A DNA stretch of 64,000 nt from Bugula neritina. Lineage: Eukaryota; Animalia; Bryozoa. How positions within the stretch are numbered: the stretch's first letter is position 1; each line of letters opens with the position of its first letter. Of this stretch, positions 1-12,900 are shown piece by piece. The stretch is from positions 6,791,190 to 6,855,189 of the forward strand of contig OZ037771.1 of the NCBI GenBank assembly GCA_964035545.1, written 5' to 3'. The notes beneath the pieces were generated by a model. It saw only the letters and a list, made by a program, of their open reading frames with translations. It made no database searches and was not told the DNA's origin. The translations under genes and the position numbers were made by a program.

Positions 1-1143
1 CCATGAAAGCCTATGTTTGTGAGCATATCAAATATTACAGATTAGCATGAGGTTTTGTGTTCTGAGAGTATGGAGGAAATGTTGTTAGATTGAGAATATA
101 TAATAGTACGTGTGGCAGAGAATGGTGGGCCTCTGCAGCCACCCTCTTCATGAAGTATATTGTGCAGCTGCATAACACTCATAAGCTATTCCACTAGTTC
201 TGCCCTCTAAAAAAGTTACTTTGGTAAAATTGTGTAAAATCTGTAATCTAAAAATGTGTTGGTTGCCTAAAATATAAGACATCACGCTATTACTTCAGAT
301 TCATAGCTTGGCGCTCACTGCACACAACCAGTTTCAACCAGTCACTTATTTTAGTGCGATAGTGGCACCCACACACTGCCACCACTGTGACATTGTATTT
401 GCTAGAATACAATAATTTCACTGCTTAAATATAAAGCATGTGTGTGCAATGTTATTTGAGTGCATATATTTTGTAAGGTGCAATTCCAATGTGTTTTTCA
501 TTTAATTAACACAAGTTATTCATGTTATTCGGTTCTATAGTTCACTAGACTGCATAATACACACATCTGCAAGGTATGCCATGTGCTTTGAATTCAATAG
601 TAAAACTTCCTTCTATCTCAAAACTCAACTTGTTTTTGCAGCTTATATTTGATCAACGAATATGAAAATACCATTACTGCAATCCCAAAGGTAACTGAAG
701 GATAATGTTATATGCTTCTGAAGACAGCTCTATATAACTCCTACCTTATTTTAACATTTAATAGGCTTGTGTCATTCACAATTTTCTACATATATAAGAG
801 CTAGTAAACAAAACAGTAGAGTGTAACAGGACCTTTGAGGCAATGCTTGAAATAATATAAGGATCTAAAAACATATACTACAACATGTTGTATAGTGCAG
901 TATATAGTAAAAAATACACTATGATATACTATATGCAACAATATATATGTTGCAATACCTATGTTGTAATATGTAATACAACATATTGAGTACTACAAAC
1001 GTCGCAATATAATTTGTACACTACAACAATCACCACAACGTGCACTACACACAACTACATCATACACAGCAGTGTGTTTTATATATTCAAACTACAACAT
1101 AATAAAACTATAAACATTAATGTGTTGCAACACATACTTTAAT

Positions 1144-1660
1144 ATACACCCTACTACATATACTATAACATACACCCTACTACATATACTATAACATACA
1201 CCCTATTACATATACTATAACATACACCCTATTACATATACTATAACATACACCCTATTACATATACTATAACATACACCCTACTACATATACTATAACA
1301 TACACCCTACTACATATACTATAACATACACCCTACTACATATACTATAACATACACCCTATTACATATACTATAACATACACCCTATTACATATACTAT
1401 AACATACACCCTACTACATATACTATAACATACACCCTACTACATATACTATAACATACACCCTACTACATATACTATAACATACACCCTACTACATATA
1501 CTATTACATACACCCTACTACATATACTATAACATACACCCTATACTACACATACTATAACACACACCCTACTACATATACTATAACATACACCCTATAC
1601 TACACATACTATAACACACACCCTACTACATATACTATAACATACACCTACTACATATAC
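1144..1660. repeat. Minisatellite, 26-bp unit (catacaccctactacatatactataa), ~20 copies
   Basis: Direct inspection. Confidence 0.95.
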
Positions 1661-1914
1661 TTTACATTTGCAATGGAACATACACTTATACAAAATATAC
1701 ACTACCAATTATGTATAAATACTATAATAATAATAATAATTAATATTGAATATTCTCTCTGACAGTTCCTTTATGTATTAGTTTGTACAAGCCAATGCTA
1801 TTATTATCTTATTTCTTACTTGAACCAACCAATGTTATTGCTTACGGAGTTGTCCATACATGAATGAAATGAATTGTCTTGCATAAAGACAATGATTTGC
1901 TAAAATATTGTAAA

Positions 1915-2390
1915 ACAAGCATAACTTTGGCACATACAGAGGGCCAAAGATTGTTAATTTCTTTTGTAAAATGTAGTGAAATTTCAGGCTTCTGTGTAAC
2001 TCATTGAAAAGTAGAGTAAAACATTGCCAGCTGATTGCATAACCTTAAAACTGTGACTAAATCTGATTCTCGCCTATCTCCACTTTGTCCTGTTCGGGTA
2101 GCGGTGTGACTAAATCTGATACTCTTGTTTATTGGGCATGTGCAAAGGTGATTTTTTATCAAGTAATGTTATTATCATATGTTTCGGCTTGAGGAGAAAA
2201 ATTAAGGATCACATGATTGTACACACATTAAATTTTATTATAATAAAGTAATTTGTCACCAAACCTACGCTGTACTAATCAGAATGCATATAACAGCTTT
2301 TATTTTTCTTAAGTATTAAAAGGGCCACTAAAATGAGGCAAAGGGCCACAGGTGGGTGGCCCTGGGGCTTCTAGTTGCCCACCCATGCTA
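1915..2390. mobile_element. Degenerate hAT/Charlie-type MITE remnant
   Basis: The right end agggccac..ggccct..agttgcccacccatgc resembles Charlie-type termini; internal 2066-2104 recurs inverted at 41494-41534. Confidence 0.35.
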
Positions 2391-3080
2391 TAACGCATAG
2401 CACCAATATGTTGGGACTTTGCCTTGCATGCACTTTCTACAGTCAACTGTTTTAGTATATTTATTTTACCTAGCTGCTAGAAATTTAGTATATGCAAAGA
2501 AACAGGGCAGCTTCCTGTATCAACTATTGAATCTTTGTCACATAGACTATAGCAATGGTATTATAATGCTTTACTTTTTTGGGGTGCATCACCTAAATTA
2601 GCTAAATAACTTGTTAAAAATATTAGTTAATCATTGTATGGATACAATTATTATAATCGTTCAAAAATAAATAGTTGTCTCCCCTTACTGTCAAAACAAT
2701 ATTATCTAACATAAACAAAATATAAATTTAAAATCTGGAATTTTTAGGAAAAAATTTATAAAAAATGTTACCTGAAATTGAACTTTAATTTGTTTGTTGT
2801 TTCAGCTTATTAAATTTATGATGTCATGAATAGATATTTCTAGGTGAGGAGTTGTCTCCCAATGTGGAAGAGTTCCAAATGAAGTGATTGATGATATGAT
2901 ATGTTGACATAGCTTGCTCAACACAACACGAATGCTGTACAAGAACTTCCAAACAAAGTTTCTAGCTGACAAGCATCATAATCACCAGATGCTTGCTTGC
3001 CTCGGTGAAGTCAATTTAGCCCTCTAGATAGAACAAAGTGTTCAAACTTCTTTTTCTTTTTTTATTATATTCTTTTGTCA

Positions 3081-6000
3081 CTAGAAGTCAGTGCCCTCTT
3101 TCCTCGATTCTGATGATTCAGACTCAGTTACTTTCTCATTTTTATATTCATAAATGTCGTAGACGCAGTCATATATTTCCACCATTCCGACTATACTTCC
3201 CATGACGTTCTTTACAAGAAAAACGGAGAGGAATTCACCATAGTGTACAGACAGGTATATTCGTATTGTTAATAGGGGAATGTTAAGTAACAGCAGTTCT
3301 GTAAAAGATGTAATACAATAATATTATTAATACAATTACATCATTATAATAGATGCAATCACAATTTGGGAGTTTTCTCCCCATGTCTTATACTTAACGT
3401 TAACAGAGAAGCTGCTGCATGAAAATAAAATGATACTTTTAGAGGTACAAAGTCTAATATTTGTAAGAATAGTTGTGTTTTTAAAATATGCAACAAATAT
3501 AAAAAAACATTGAAACTTTCTATATATACCAATCCTACAGTAGTCAGCTTAAATTTTTTTTTATTCAGGCAATACTGTGTATTTTATTTAAATACTTTCA
3601 TTAATAAAGTTAATTTGGTGATATTAGAATTAAGAAATTTATTTTTAGTGGTATTTTCACATACAAGTTCAATGCCAGTACATGCAATACTAGTACACCA
3701 AATTTTGGGACTTAAAGTTTCTATGTTTGTGTAACCACAACTTTGAATCTATTTTTTCAATAAAATTTTTCAATATAACTAGTCAAACTTTCATAAGAAA
3801 CTGTTATGACTGTGCTTTGAATAATGGCTCATTCTAAAATAGTGCCTTCTTTCACTGAGCTTGAAGCTCTTCCCTATAATAAAACCAGCGCAAGCTTGTA
3901 GCAAATATTTAGTTATAGGAGTTGTCTTCCTTAAATTTCTTGAAAAGTTTCTGTTGAAATATAGGGCTCGCTTAACGCACTTTGCATAACCAAAGCTAAA
4001 ATTTTTATACTACAGATAAACACTCACGCACGTCTATGCATTTTAAATTGGATGAAAAATGTGGACATACACCACCATAATTCACATGCATGATTCATGC
4101 GGTTGGGCTCCCACCACTTTCCCTCAACATAGTAATTAAAGACGAGATGCAGGTAAACCCACCCATCACTGTCTTAGCAATCTTTATTTCTAGAGCTCGT
4201 CTGCGCGTAGAGAAGTGATCCACGAATAAGCTGATTAAAGACACGGATGGCCGAAGTAAATTCAGAGTGACTATGGCTAAGACTATGTCCTCAAGTACTA
4301 AGGGGAAGTCTGTCTGTAAAACCACAACTGAAAGATAGACACAGTGTAGATTAAGCAGTGTGGGCTAAACTTACATCTTAATTAGAGCTTTCATAAAAAA
4401 ACCGGTGACACAAAATTTTGAAAATGACAATTGGAAAATGAAAAATATTCAACATGGTCTGGTCCTGAGGGGTTGTCCAGCATCTGGTCAATTCCAAAAT
4501 AGCTTTTAAAAATAAATATAATGGCCAAATTAGTTAGGCTATCATAGAAGTAGAATTAGTTACTGAGTAGTTCTAAATTAAAATTGTTCACATTTACAAA
4601 AAGCTTTTTGAACCAGACCAGATACTAATCGCCCCCTCTGGACTAGGCCATGCTGAAAATTCTTCATTTTCCAATTGCCGTTTTCGAAATGTCACGGATT
4701 AAAAAACATGCTGGTACAATGTCAACAAGTAATATTAGCATACCTACAAGAGTATGGTCAAGCTATTTGAACAGAACCCTCCAGCATGTGATGATAATTT
4801 GTTTTAGTTTTACTAAACAAACATTCAAACCTTTATAAGTATTATAGTATCAGAAACTTCTCTACTCTGCCACAGTCTGCTATTTCTTTCACAAAAACTA
4901 TGCATGGTTATAAATTGAATGTAACTATACTTTGCAGTTCCTAGTCTGATATTAAGTTCAACCAACACACCGATGTGAACATATTATTTGTAACCTCAAT
5001 AATTTGCAAGTCATTGAGATAAAACATTTTTGTAGTTGACTGTGTTATAGTTTTATGTTATGCACATAAAGTGCAAATCAATTCATAAATAGCAGTATAG
5101 ACTTCACTACTTTACCAAAAAATGTACAGTACAGTAAATCTCCTGTTTTTGTATATTTCCCCATCTAATATATCCTTTTACAACACTTCAATGTTCTAAT
5201 GAAAAACCCTTCATTAGCTTGAAATATTTTATCTCCAATTATAAGTAATCTATCATAGCATGCAAAAAGGCACAAAGGATAGAAATAGAAGACAAGCTGC
5301 GCATATTACCTTGTGCTCCTTAGCAATTTCGAACAGCACATTCAGGATTTCTACTGTATCCAGTAAATCGATAGTAAAGTTCCTAGCCAGAGACAAGATG
5401 GATGCCCTTCGAGCCAAAGATTCCTTATTGTGATGATGGCCAATGGTAAACATGACACAAATTAGAGCTGTCCCGCTGTGGATTAAAAAGCTTTGAATAA
5501 ATAATTGTGGGTAAATAGAAAGTGTTGGTCTAGGGGTTGGAGTGTTTGCCTAGTAAACATGAAATCATGGGTTCGAACCCCGACAAAGGCCATTGGTGAT
5601 GTTAGGAAGAACACCCAGCCATAATTGCTCTTATGCCACATATGCCACATAAGTCCTTAGCACAACTTAACAAAAAGCCTTTCCATCAGAGGCTTTCTCA
5701 CAGGGATGGTGACTATAAACTTGCATGAGTTTTTAAATAGAAAGTTTTGGTTTTAGCACACACAATAGTACATAAGAGACCGTTACTTCTAATTCACATC
5801 ACATTATAACTTAGAAAATATTAACAAAACCGTGCACTTATAAAAATGCAACAGTCTGGAAATTTATTTACTGAAGCTTACATAGGTTTAGGCTTAATGG
5901 AGTTTAGGTTTGGAGTGTAGACTGATTAATATGATGAGAATATAAGTTTTGAAAGACAATTAATTTCATAAAATTATTGCTGCACTTATGTTAGTGTTCA

Positions 6001-7403
6001 CATTTAACAAATAGCTAATAGGGTGTTCCCACTGACTCATCTATCATAGTTCATATACTGTGACTCATCTACTTAGTGTAACTTAAAGAATTCTCACACC
6101 TACTAACCTGATAGTAAGTCGCAGATCGCTTATTTCAGATTCTAACTGCACATCTTTTTTGAAGATAATAGCAATTCTGGTTCCAAGTAAAGTAGCATAC
6201 AGGAACCAGCCTAGAATTCCCAGTGGTAAACCTATAAGACAATTCACAAACAACCCATCATATATAAACTTCATAGCAAACAGTTTAGAACACATGTGGC
6301 TACAGAAGAGAAAAAAATCTCAGGTTAAAATTTTGAGTTGCTTATAGTTCTACACTAGAATGTTGGATAAAGAAGCAAAACCCTGGTGTTGGCAGCAAGA
6401 GTCAGCAGGGCACCAGTAACCCTATGGTTAGCCAGGTAGTCCTACTGATGGTATATAGCCATGACTAGCAGCAGTTGGGGAAAGAAAAGAGTATGATAGT
6501 ATGATAACATCAGTGTGGGTGCTCAAGACTAAATATCAATAATGCACTTTGAGAGTCATCTATGTTGTAGAAATAACTGGTAAAGTAGCTAAAGCATTAT
6601 TAAAACAAAGTCATGTAGAAGTGTAGTTTTGCTTAATGATATATAATTTTACAGTTATATTATAATATATCACAAAGTGTTTTGAATGTTTGAATTGCAG
6701 AATGAAGACTATTTGTTTTTAAATAATGGAATGATAAGTTAAGGAAAAATTACGTGTGTGCGTGTGTGTGCGTGCGTGTGTGTGTATAATTATATATTGT
6801 ATATAAGTGATATAAATGTTAGTGGCCTAGAACTTTACCTTTCACGAACCCAGTAGAATCTTTGTGCTTTGAATTTAACGATGTTAGCCTCCATTCTTTA
6901 AAGTAAAAAGCAGCTATAAAAAGTAGGACTATGAAACCATCTCCCGCAAACCATATCCACAAGTTTTTGTTTCTGGGGTCACTAGACTACCATAAGAAAC
7001 GAATGCAGAAGGTGAAAGTACAAATGCATGTTGAAGCAGAAAAAACATAGCAAATACAATAAATGAAACTTTCTCTAGGGTTTAAGAAATATTTATAATA
7101 AATGCACCTTTTTTCTGAAGACACTATAGAAAATCACCATCTATAATTTAATAACAAGAATTCTGAATTTAAATCTACATGTGCTGTATACCGCTAGGTA
7201 TAAAAGTGATGTATAAATGGGAGACTTACCGCAACTAAGTGGTTGTTGATGAGAAACGCCTGTCCAAGTACCAGAACTATACAAATCAGTTGAGCCGGAA
7301 TATTCTTTAATGTCCCAAGACAAAATCGTCTCAGTGGATCTTCTGCCTTGAACTGCTCATTTCCACGTGACCCTTGAACTGCTGCTAGAAACCAGGAATC
7401 CAT
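3081..7403 (-). CDS. TMEM121: TMEM121/CECR6-family multipass membrane protein, paralog a (326 aa, 6 coding exons)
   Basis: Exons 7403-7230, 6986-6839, 6231-6108, 5475-5310, 4313-4163, 3298-3081. All introns are GT-AG with consistent phases (0,1,2,0,1), giving 981 nt of open frame. Motifs WFAGDGF, GLPLGILGWFLYA, IDLLDTVEIL, LNIPLLTIRIYL and SVFLVKN match my recollection of the TMEM121/TMEM121B family. The symbol is family-level. Confidence 0.85.
4402..4697. mobile_element. Degenerate MITE with ~100-bp inverted repeats (TMEM121a intron 4)
   Basis: 4402-4505 (gtgaca..caattggaaaatgaa..catggtctggtcctgagggg..atctggtc) is the imperfect reverse complement of 4595-4697. Confidence 0.65.
5521..5730 (+). 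mobile_element. tRNA-derived SINE (family 1)
   Basis: A-box TGGTCTAGGGG, B-box GGTTCGAACCC, body ccattggtgatgttaggaaga..ataattgctc and tail gactataaacttgcatgag; seven related copies in the window. Confidence 0.8.
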
Positions 7404-7974
7404 ATTGCTGATCAACTATAGACTGGGTAGACACTACAACTACTAAAGTAGATTGAAAGTAGGTAATAGCCAGAAGATGGTATACTCTGACGCAGCTGAT
7501 TAGACTGCGCCTTTCTCCGTATTGATAATAAAAAGATTAAGTAACTACTTAATGGGCTTGATCACAATGCCCTGATGGTTTGTTGATCTCAAATATGCAA
7601 ATATATTTGTTGATAATATGGCTAGATACTGCAATGAATGCTATGTTTAGCTGCAGTGGTCAAGCAATCTGTGTGGGCGCGACAGAACTATGCTCTGTAG
7701 CCAGTAGCCACCAAACTGATAAATGATACGCAGGCCAGGCTAACCTGTGGGAATTGCATTATTTGTACTCATTGCAGTATATTATGTTGATTGCCTTTGA
7801 AAAGTACTTGAAGTTTACACAAAACCTCTTAACAAAATGCTCTTAACAATAACTGTAGATTCTTCAATAGAATGCTTGTTATAAAGTTCTGTAGACCCTT
7901 GAAATAAAGCTTCATTGTAACTGTAGACATTTTACTCCTATTAAGATTAGTAGTAAAGAGCATTATTTTGTTAA

Positions 7975-8683
7975 AGGATTGCTCTATCTTAGTTTATTAC
8001 AATCACATTATAATTATGAACTATAATCTAATGTGTATGCAAACAATTGTGGCTTTGCAAAGGGATATGTGCCTAGAAAACAGCTTTTCAAAATTCCAAT
8101 TTTGAGGGAGGTAAAATTTTCAGCCATGAAAAAGAATAGCCTAATACGTGACGTGTGAACGCCAGTAACTATGCTGCACGTGCTAACTATAACGCTAGTA
8201 TTCAAGGTTGCTGGGCACAACATCAACCAATTACGCTCAAGCAGTTACAGTGCGCTATATATATTCATCCTAAAGAATGCATGTTTTTGCAAGGCTTTTT
8301 TCTAATGTTTACAAGCAAAATATAGCCTAATGTTATCACATACATGTTATTTAAAATGTCAAAAAACTATAGATTGAGATAATTCACATTTGCACTTCTA
8401 TAAATATACAAATTGCAAGCTAAAAGATTACATCTTACAGTCATATTTCTATAGTTATTCATTTGTATAGTCACGTGACCAGCAGGAATGCTGGCGTTGT
8501 TACGTCACATTTCCCAGCTCATTTCAAAATCGGCGTTTTGGCTGTTACCAATCTACACCCTCAACTTCAACTAACTTTTTCTACCTTTGGTCAAATGCTT
8601 TTTGTCAATGCATGCTTAGAAAAACACAATATTATGTGTGTGTGACCTAAATGGCCATTTATTAGACAAGATAGAGCAATCCT
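7975..8683. mobile_element. Non-autonomous DNA transposon, Kolobok-like (TTAA TSD)
   Basis: Perfect 16-bp TIR AGGATTGCTCTATCTT ... AAGATAGAGCAATCCT, flanked by TTAA at 7971-7974 and 8684-8687. AG-starting termini with a TTAA TSD are characteristic of Kolobok. Confidence 0.75.
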
Positions 8684-9873
8684 TTAATATATTGAACTAC
8701 TGAGAGTTTTAACCAAGGTTTCTCCCGATGAAGAGCATAGACTGTCAGTTCTGCAGAGGATGGTGGTAAACCCAAAGGAGTATGTGTCAGAATAGATTAT
8801 TCATGACTCATACATAGAGATAAATATCCTCCACATATTTAGCAAATTATATAAAAAATGCACATAAACTATGAATATCAAGCCAGAGAGTATTAACTCA
8901 TAGGGTCAACTTGAATAACACAATCAAAAAACTTTAATAAATGCAGGTTACTAGTAGGAAAGTGAATGGAAATTGCTGGTTATCAGAGAGAGTAGCAAAA
9001 AGGCTAGGAAACTAGGACAGCAAACCCTAAAGAATATTGAAAGTCGGCTAACAAATACATCCTTTTCACAGTCTTGGACTATTAAAGTTTTATATCTGTG
9101 GAGAGTTTAAAAAAATCAGCATCAAAAACTGGTGTGCTTTAGGACATTAATAATAAATTATTTATGTTTAAACAAAAGCTATCAATTGTTAAATATATTA
9201 AAGGAATTCTCTAGCAATCACTCGAAACAAATTTACTTTAATAATAAAAAAGGAATTATTGCAAATTTTGCAGTAATTAAGTCTTACAACACATGATATT
9301 TTGAATATATAAAACTTTATTCATAAAATTGTTTAATTTGAGAGTTGTATCCTCATTTCAGGACATAAAACAGATAACTTCTACCTTCCAAAATTTGTAA
9401 TAACACTGGTAAGTTTCAGTGAATCCATTTGTAATTTTTATGAACTATGAAATCATTTTTAGAAGTTATAGTCTCTTTACAAGTAATTATAAGTCTAGTA
9501 ACAATTCACAACAAACTCGGATTAAAATTTTTTTTAGAAAGTTTAAAACAATCATTTTGAATAAGTTCATTCAGTTATCTTCAAACTGGATGACTTTATT
9601 AAAAATTTTTTTTGAGAAAAAATTACTTGCCATCAGCCATCTTTAAACCAAAATTGGTTGGGAGAAAATAAGTTTTTAAAAACTAAATAATTTTATAAAT
9701 GCTGTAAATTACAGAACAACAGGGTCACATCAACAAGTACTTATTTTGCAAACCGAAAAATAATAGTTTAAGTTGGTTATTTTGTCAGGACATATAGAAA
9801 TAACAAGCATTTTTTCAAGCCTACTGATGTTTATTAAAAAACAGAGCAAAAAGTGAACTAGAAAAGAATATAA

Positions 9874-9954
9874 CACACATGCACACACGCACGCACACAC
9901 ACACACGCATGCACGCACGCACACACACACACGCATGCACGCACGCACACACAC
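9874..9954. repeat. (CA)n/(CG) imperfect microsatellite
   Basis: Direct inspection. Confidence 0.9.
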
Positions 9955-12900
9955 ATTGTCCTAAGAAGCTCATATATAGCTCTGGTAGATGTACAGGAAA
10001 TAGGCATCGCTGATGGTAGAGCTAGTATACCAGACCCTACCTATATGCATAAACAACAACATGACACTACAAAATGCCTCTTTTAAAGGTTAGAAGCTAT
10101 CTGACTGATTACAATGACCTCTAAGTAACTCTGATGCTTATTTATAACCTTTATAATCCTTTTTTTCTTATGAAAAAACACATGATTGTAATGTAGCCCT
10201 ATATAATATAGAACTTTTGCCCAAACTAAAGAATAGCAAGCAATTGTAATGTTTCAAAAAATGAATATAAATAAATAACATTAAAGTAACAATAACAGAG
10301 AGCGTGTCATTACTTACCTTTTTAATACATAATTAAAATAGAAATCATGAGGCAAGAAGTGGGTGCATTTAGAAGTTGTGCTTCCGTCACACGCATATAA
10401 AACCAGCTAATTCTACTTTGTGAAAAGTTTTTTGAGTACGTATTATAATTGCATTATATCAAACAGTCATTGATGCTGGAGTAGCAACTCAACAGAATAT
10501 ACTGAAACACTCATCAGTGATGTACCAAAGTTTTTCACTATAATATAATCATCTTGCCTTGATATATTTTATTTTTGTTATGTTCATTAAATAATGCACA
10601 GATTGTTGATCTGGTATGACTGCTGTTTGATTCTATACTTGATGATATAAGAATGGTTTTGAGCAATCACTCCTTTCAAACACCACAATATTATCCAGAA
10701 TACTTTAGCCGAACCAGCAAGCTATTATATGATATACGTAGTTAAATGGCTTTAACCTTGAGAACTTCAGAAATTTTATGCAAACATATGAACACTGATA
10801 CAAAATGCAAAGTTTCAACACGTTATTTACAAATTATTGTATTATGCTGCAACACATATATGCAATAATTCAATTAGTTTTGAAAAACAACAATAAGTTG
10901 GAATTTAAAGCCGTTTATATTTATAAAAATAGTTTAATACAATACAGTTGAACCAATTAAGGCTAGTCTAAAAATACTTGTTAGTTTGATTTGTAAAAAG
11001 GTTACTGGCCATCTCAATCTGTATTGACAAAAAATGTAAAAAATATTGAAAACAATAACTTTTTTCCAATAAATAAAATTTTCCATTTTAAGATACAATT
11101 ATTTCATTTTTCATGCATAATGATATTATATATACAAGCTGTAAATTAAAAGGAGACAACTACCACTTATTTACAGTAGCATATTGTAGTAGCCTACAAT
11201 ATCCTTAAAAATATAGAAACAAGCAATGTTGTTTAATAGTGTCATTTCTGCTGGCAACACTGAGTTAGATTAGTATAAAATTCATTTTAAAAAGTGAAAA
11301 GTATAATATTGACCGCTGTTATATGGTTGTTTGAGTGTGTGTCTGTGACATTGTGTTATACTGTTTCCGTAGTAAAATAAAATATAAATAAAAAGAGCTA
11401 CCCGTGCAGAACAATACAGTAGCTTGCAACTAAGCAAAAAAGGTGAGAAAATGAAATATAAACAATATGACATGCTCAAAACTTGATAAATTTTCAGTCC
11501 CTTTATCAGGTTTTATACACCAAATCATTTAAAGTTAACTAGCATTTTTTTGACAATGTCTAAAAATTTTGGTATTAAATCAAGTATAAAAGCTACAATA
11601 GAATTTATTATTTACAAAACGAATGTATATATATAAATATACACATAATATATAAATATATTATGTAAGTGAGCTATCTCATATAAAAGGCTGTAATGTA
11701 ACTACACCTCTACATTTTAGTATCATCTTATGCAAGTTACAACCTGGCCAAGATCTATTTCACAGACTAGTCATAATCTTCAACTAGTCTCTTCTCTGAA
11801 CGTCTGTCAAGTTTGCTGTCCTCACAACATTTTGTAACGATAAATTGTGCTGACAGTATCGATAAAAGCATCACAAGAAAACCTATTAGCATGATGTACA
11901 TCAATGTCATTGGTCCAGTGATTTTAAAGATAGAAGTCACTAAAGTTGGCTCAACTAGTACCCCGAGACTCTCACCTATGGTCAGTACAACTATCACATA
12001 GGTGTCATCTAAAATCAAAATAGCAAAGTAAATATAGACTGCAAAAAGAGAAAAAGAACTTAAACTAGTTACTACCCTTATAAGTCACAATCAACATATA
12101 TAACTGATTTGTTTTGCTAGTTTACGTAGCAGAATCGGCAGCTTTTGCATTTTAAACAGGTCTGCAGTTACTTGATTTGTCATAGTTAATATACATGTGC
12201 TAACTTAAATTAGAATGTACTGACGTGGTAGTTTATAATAATTCGTTTTTTTTGCAATTTAATGAAAGGTAATAATATGAACAGTGATATAATATAATAT
12301 ATTATGCAATATTATTACAATAGGTATTGTTACAAAAATGCACGTGCCCATGGCACATATACTACCTTGAGCCTCAAAAGCATAATTATTTTGCATGACA
12401 CTTCATCGAAAGCAAAGTTACTTCAAATATAAACATATTAATCATTTTTAGGGAAACTAAAACTGCTATACAGACTTTCCTAGAGCTCCATATATTAGGA
12501 GGTTTTATTCAAAATGGAATTGTAATGCTTACAAGGTCAGTTTTATTGCTATCCCTTAAATTGTAAATTGACTAAGATCAAAAGTTTGATCAGGGAAAAA
12601 TGGCATGGGAACTGGCACACTGTAGTGATGATAGACTCTTGAATAGCATATATGAGTTTTAATTCATGTAGAAAAAGAGAAAACTCATTATTATAAGAAA
12701 AACTAGAAGGAATATTGGCAAAAAAGCTTGTAGATTCTAAATCAAAATGAAGCAAAACCAAAATTTGTTGAAAAATTGAAGAGCATAGGCAATCTCAATA
12801 TTTCTGCTACATAACTGCAGCGGAATGGGATGAAGATGCAAGTCAAGTGAACTTTATATTAAAAAAAGCTACAATGATTATAGTATAGATTATAGAATAG

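Noticed and set aside
1144-1660. CRISPR-like regular repeat array
   Set aside because: Head-to-tail 26-bp units with no unique spacers, in eukaryotic DNA with no cas genes.
3359-3414. Alternative terminal exon of TMEM121a (atgcag|...AASLLTLSIRHGEKTPKL*)
   Set aside because: Phase-compatible but short, with no homology support, and it would delete the conserved NIP..IR and SVFLVKN helices; likely chance.
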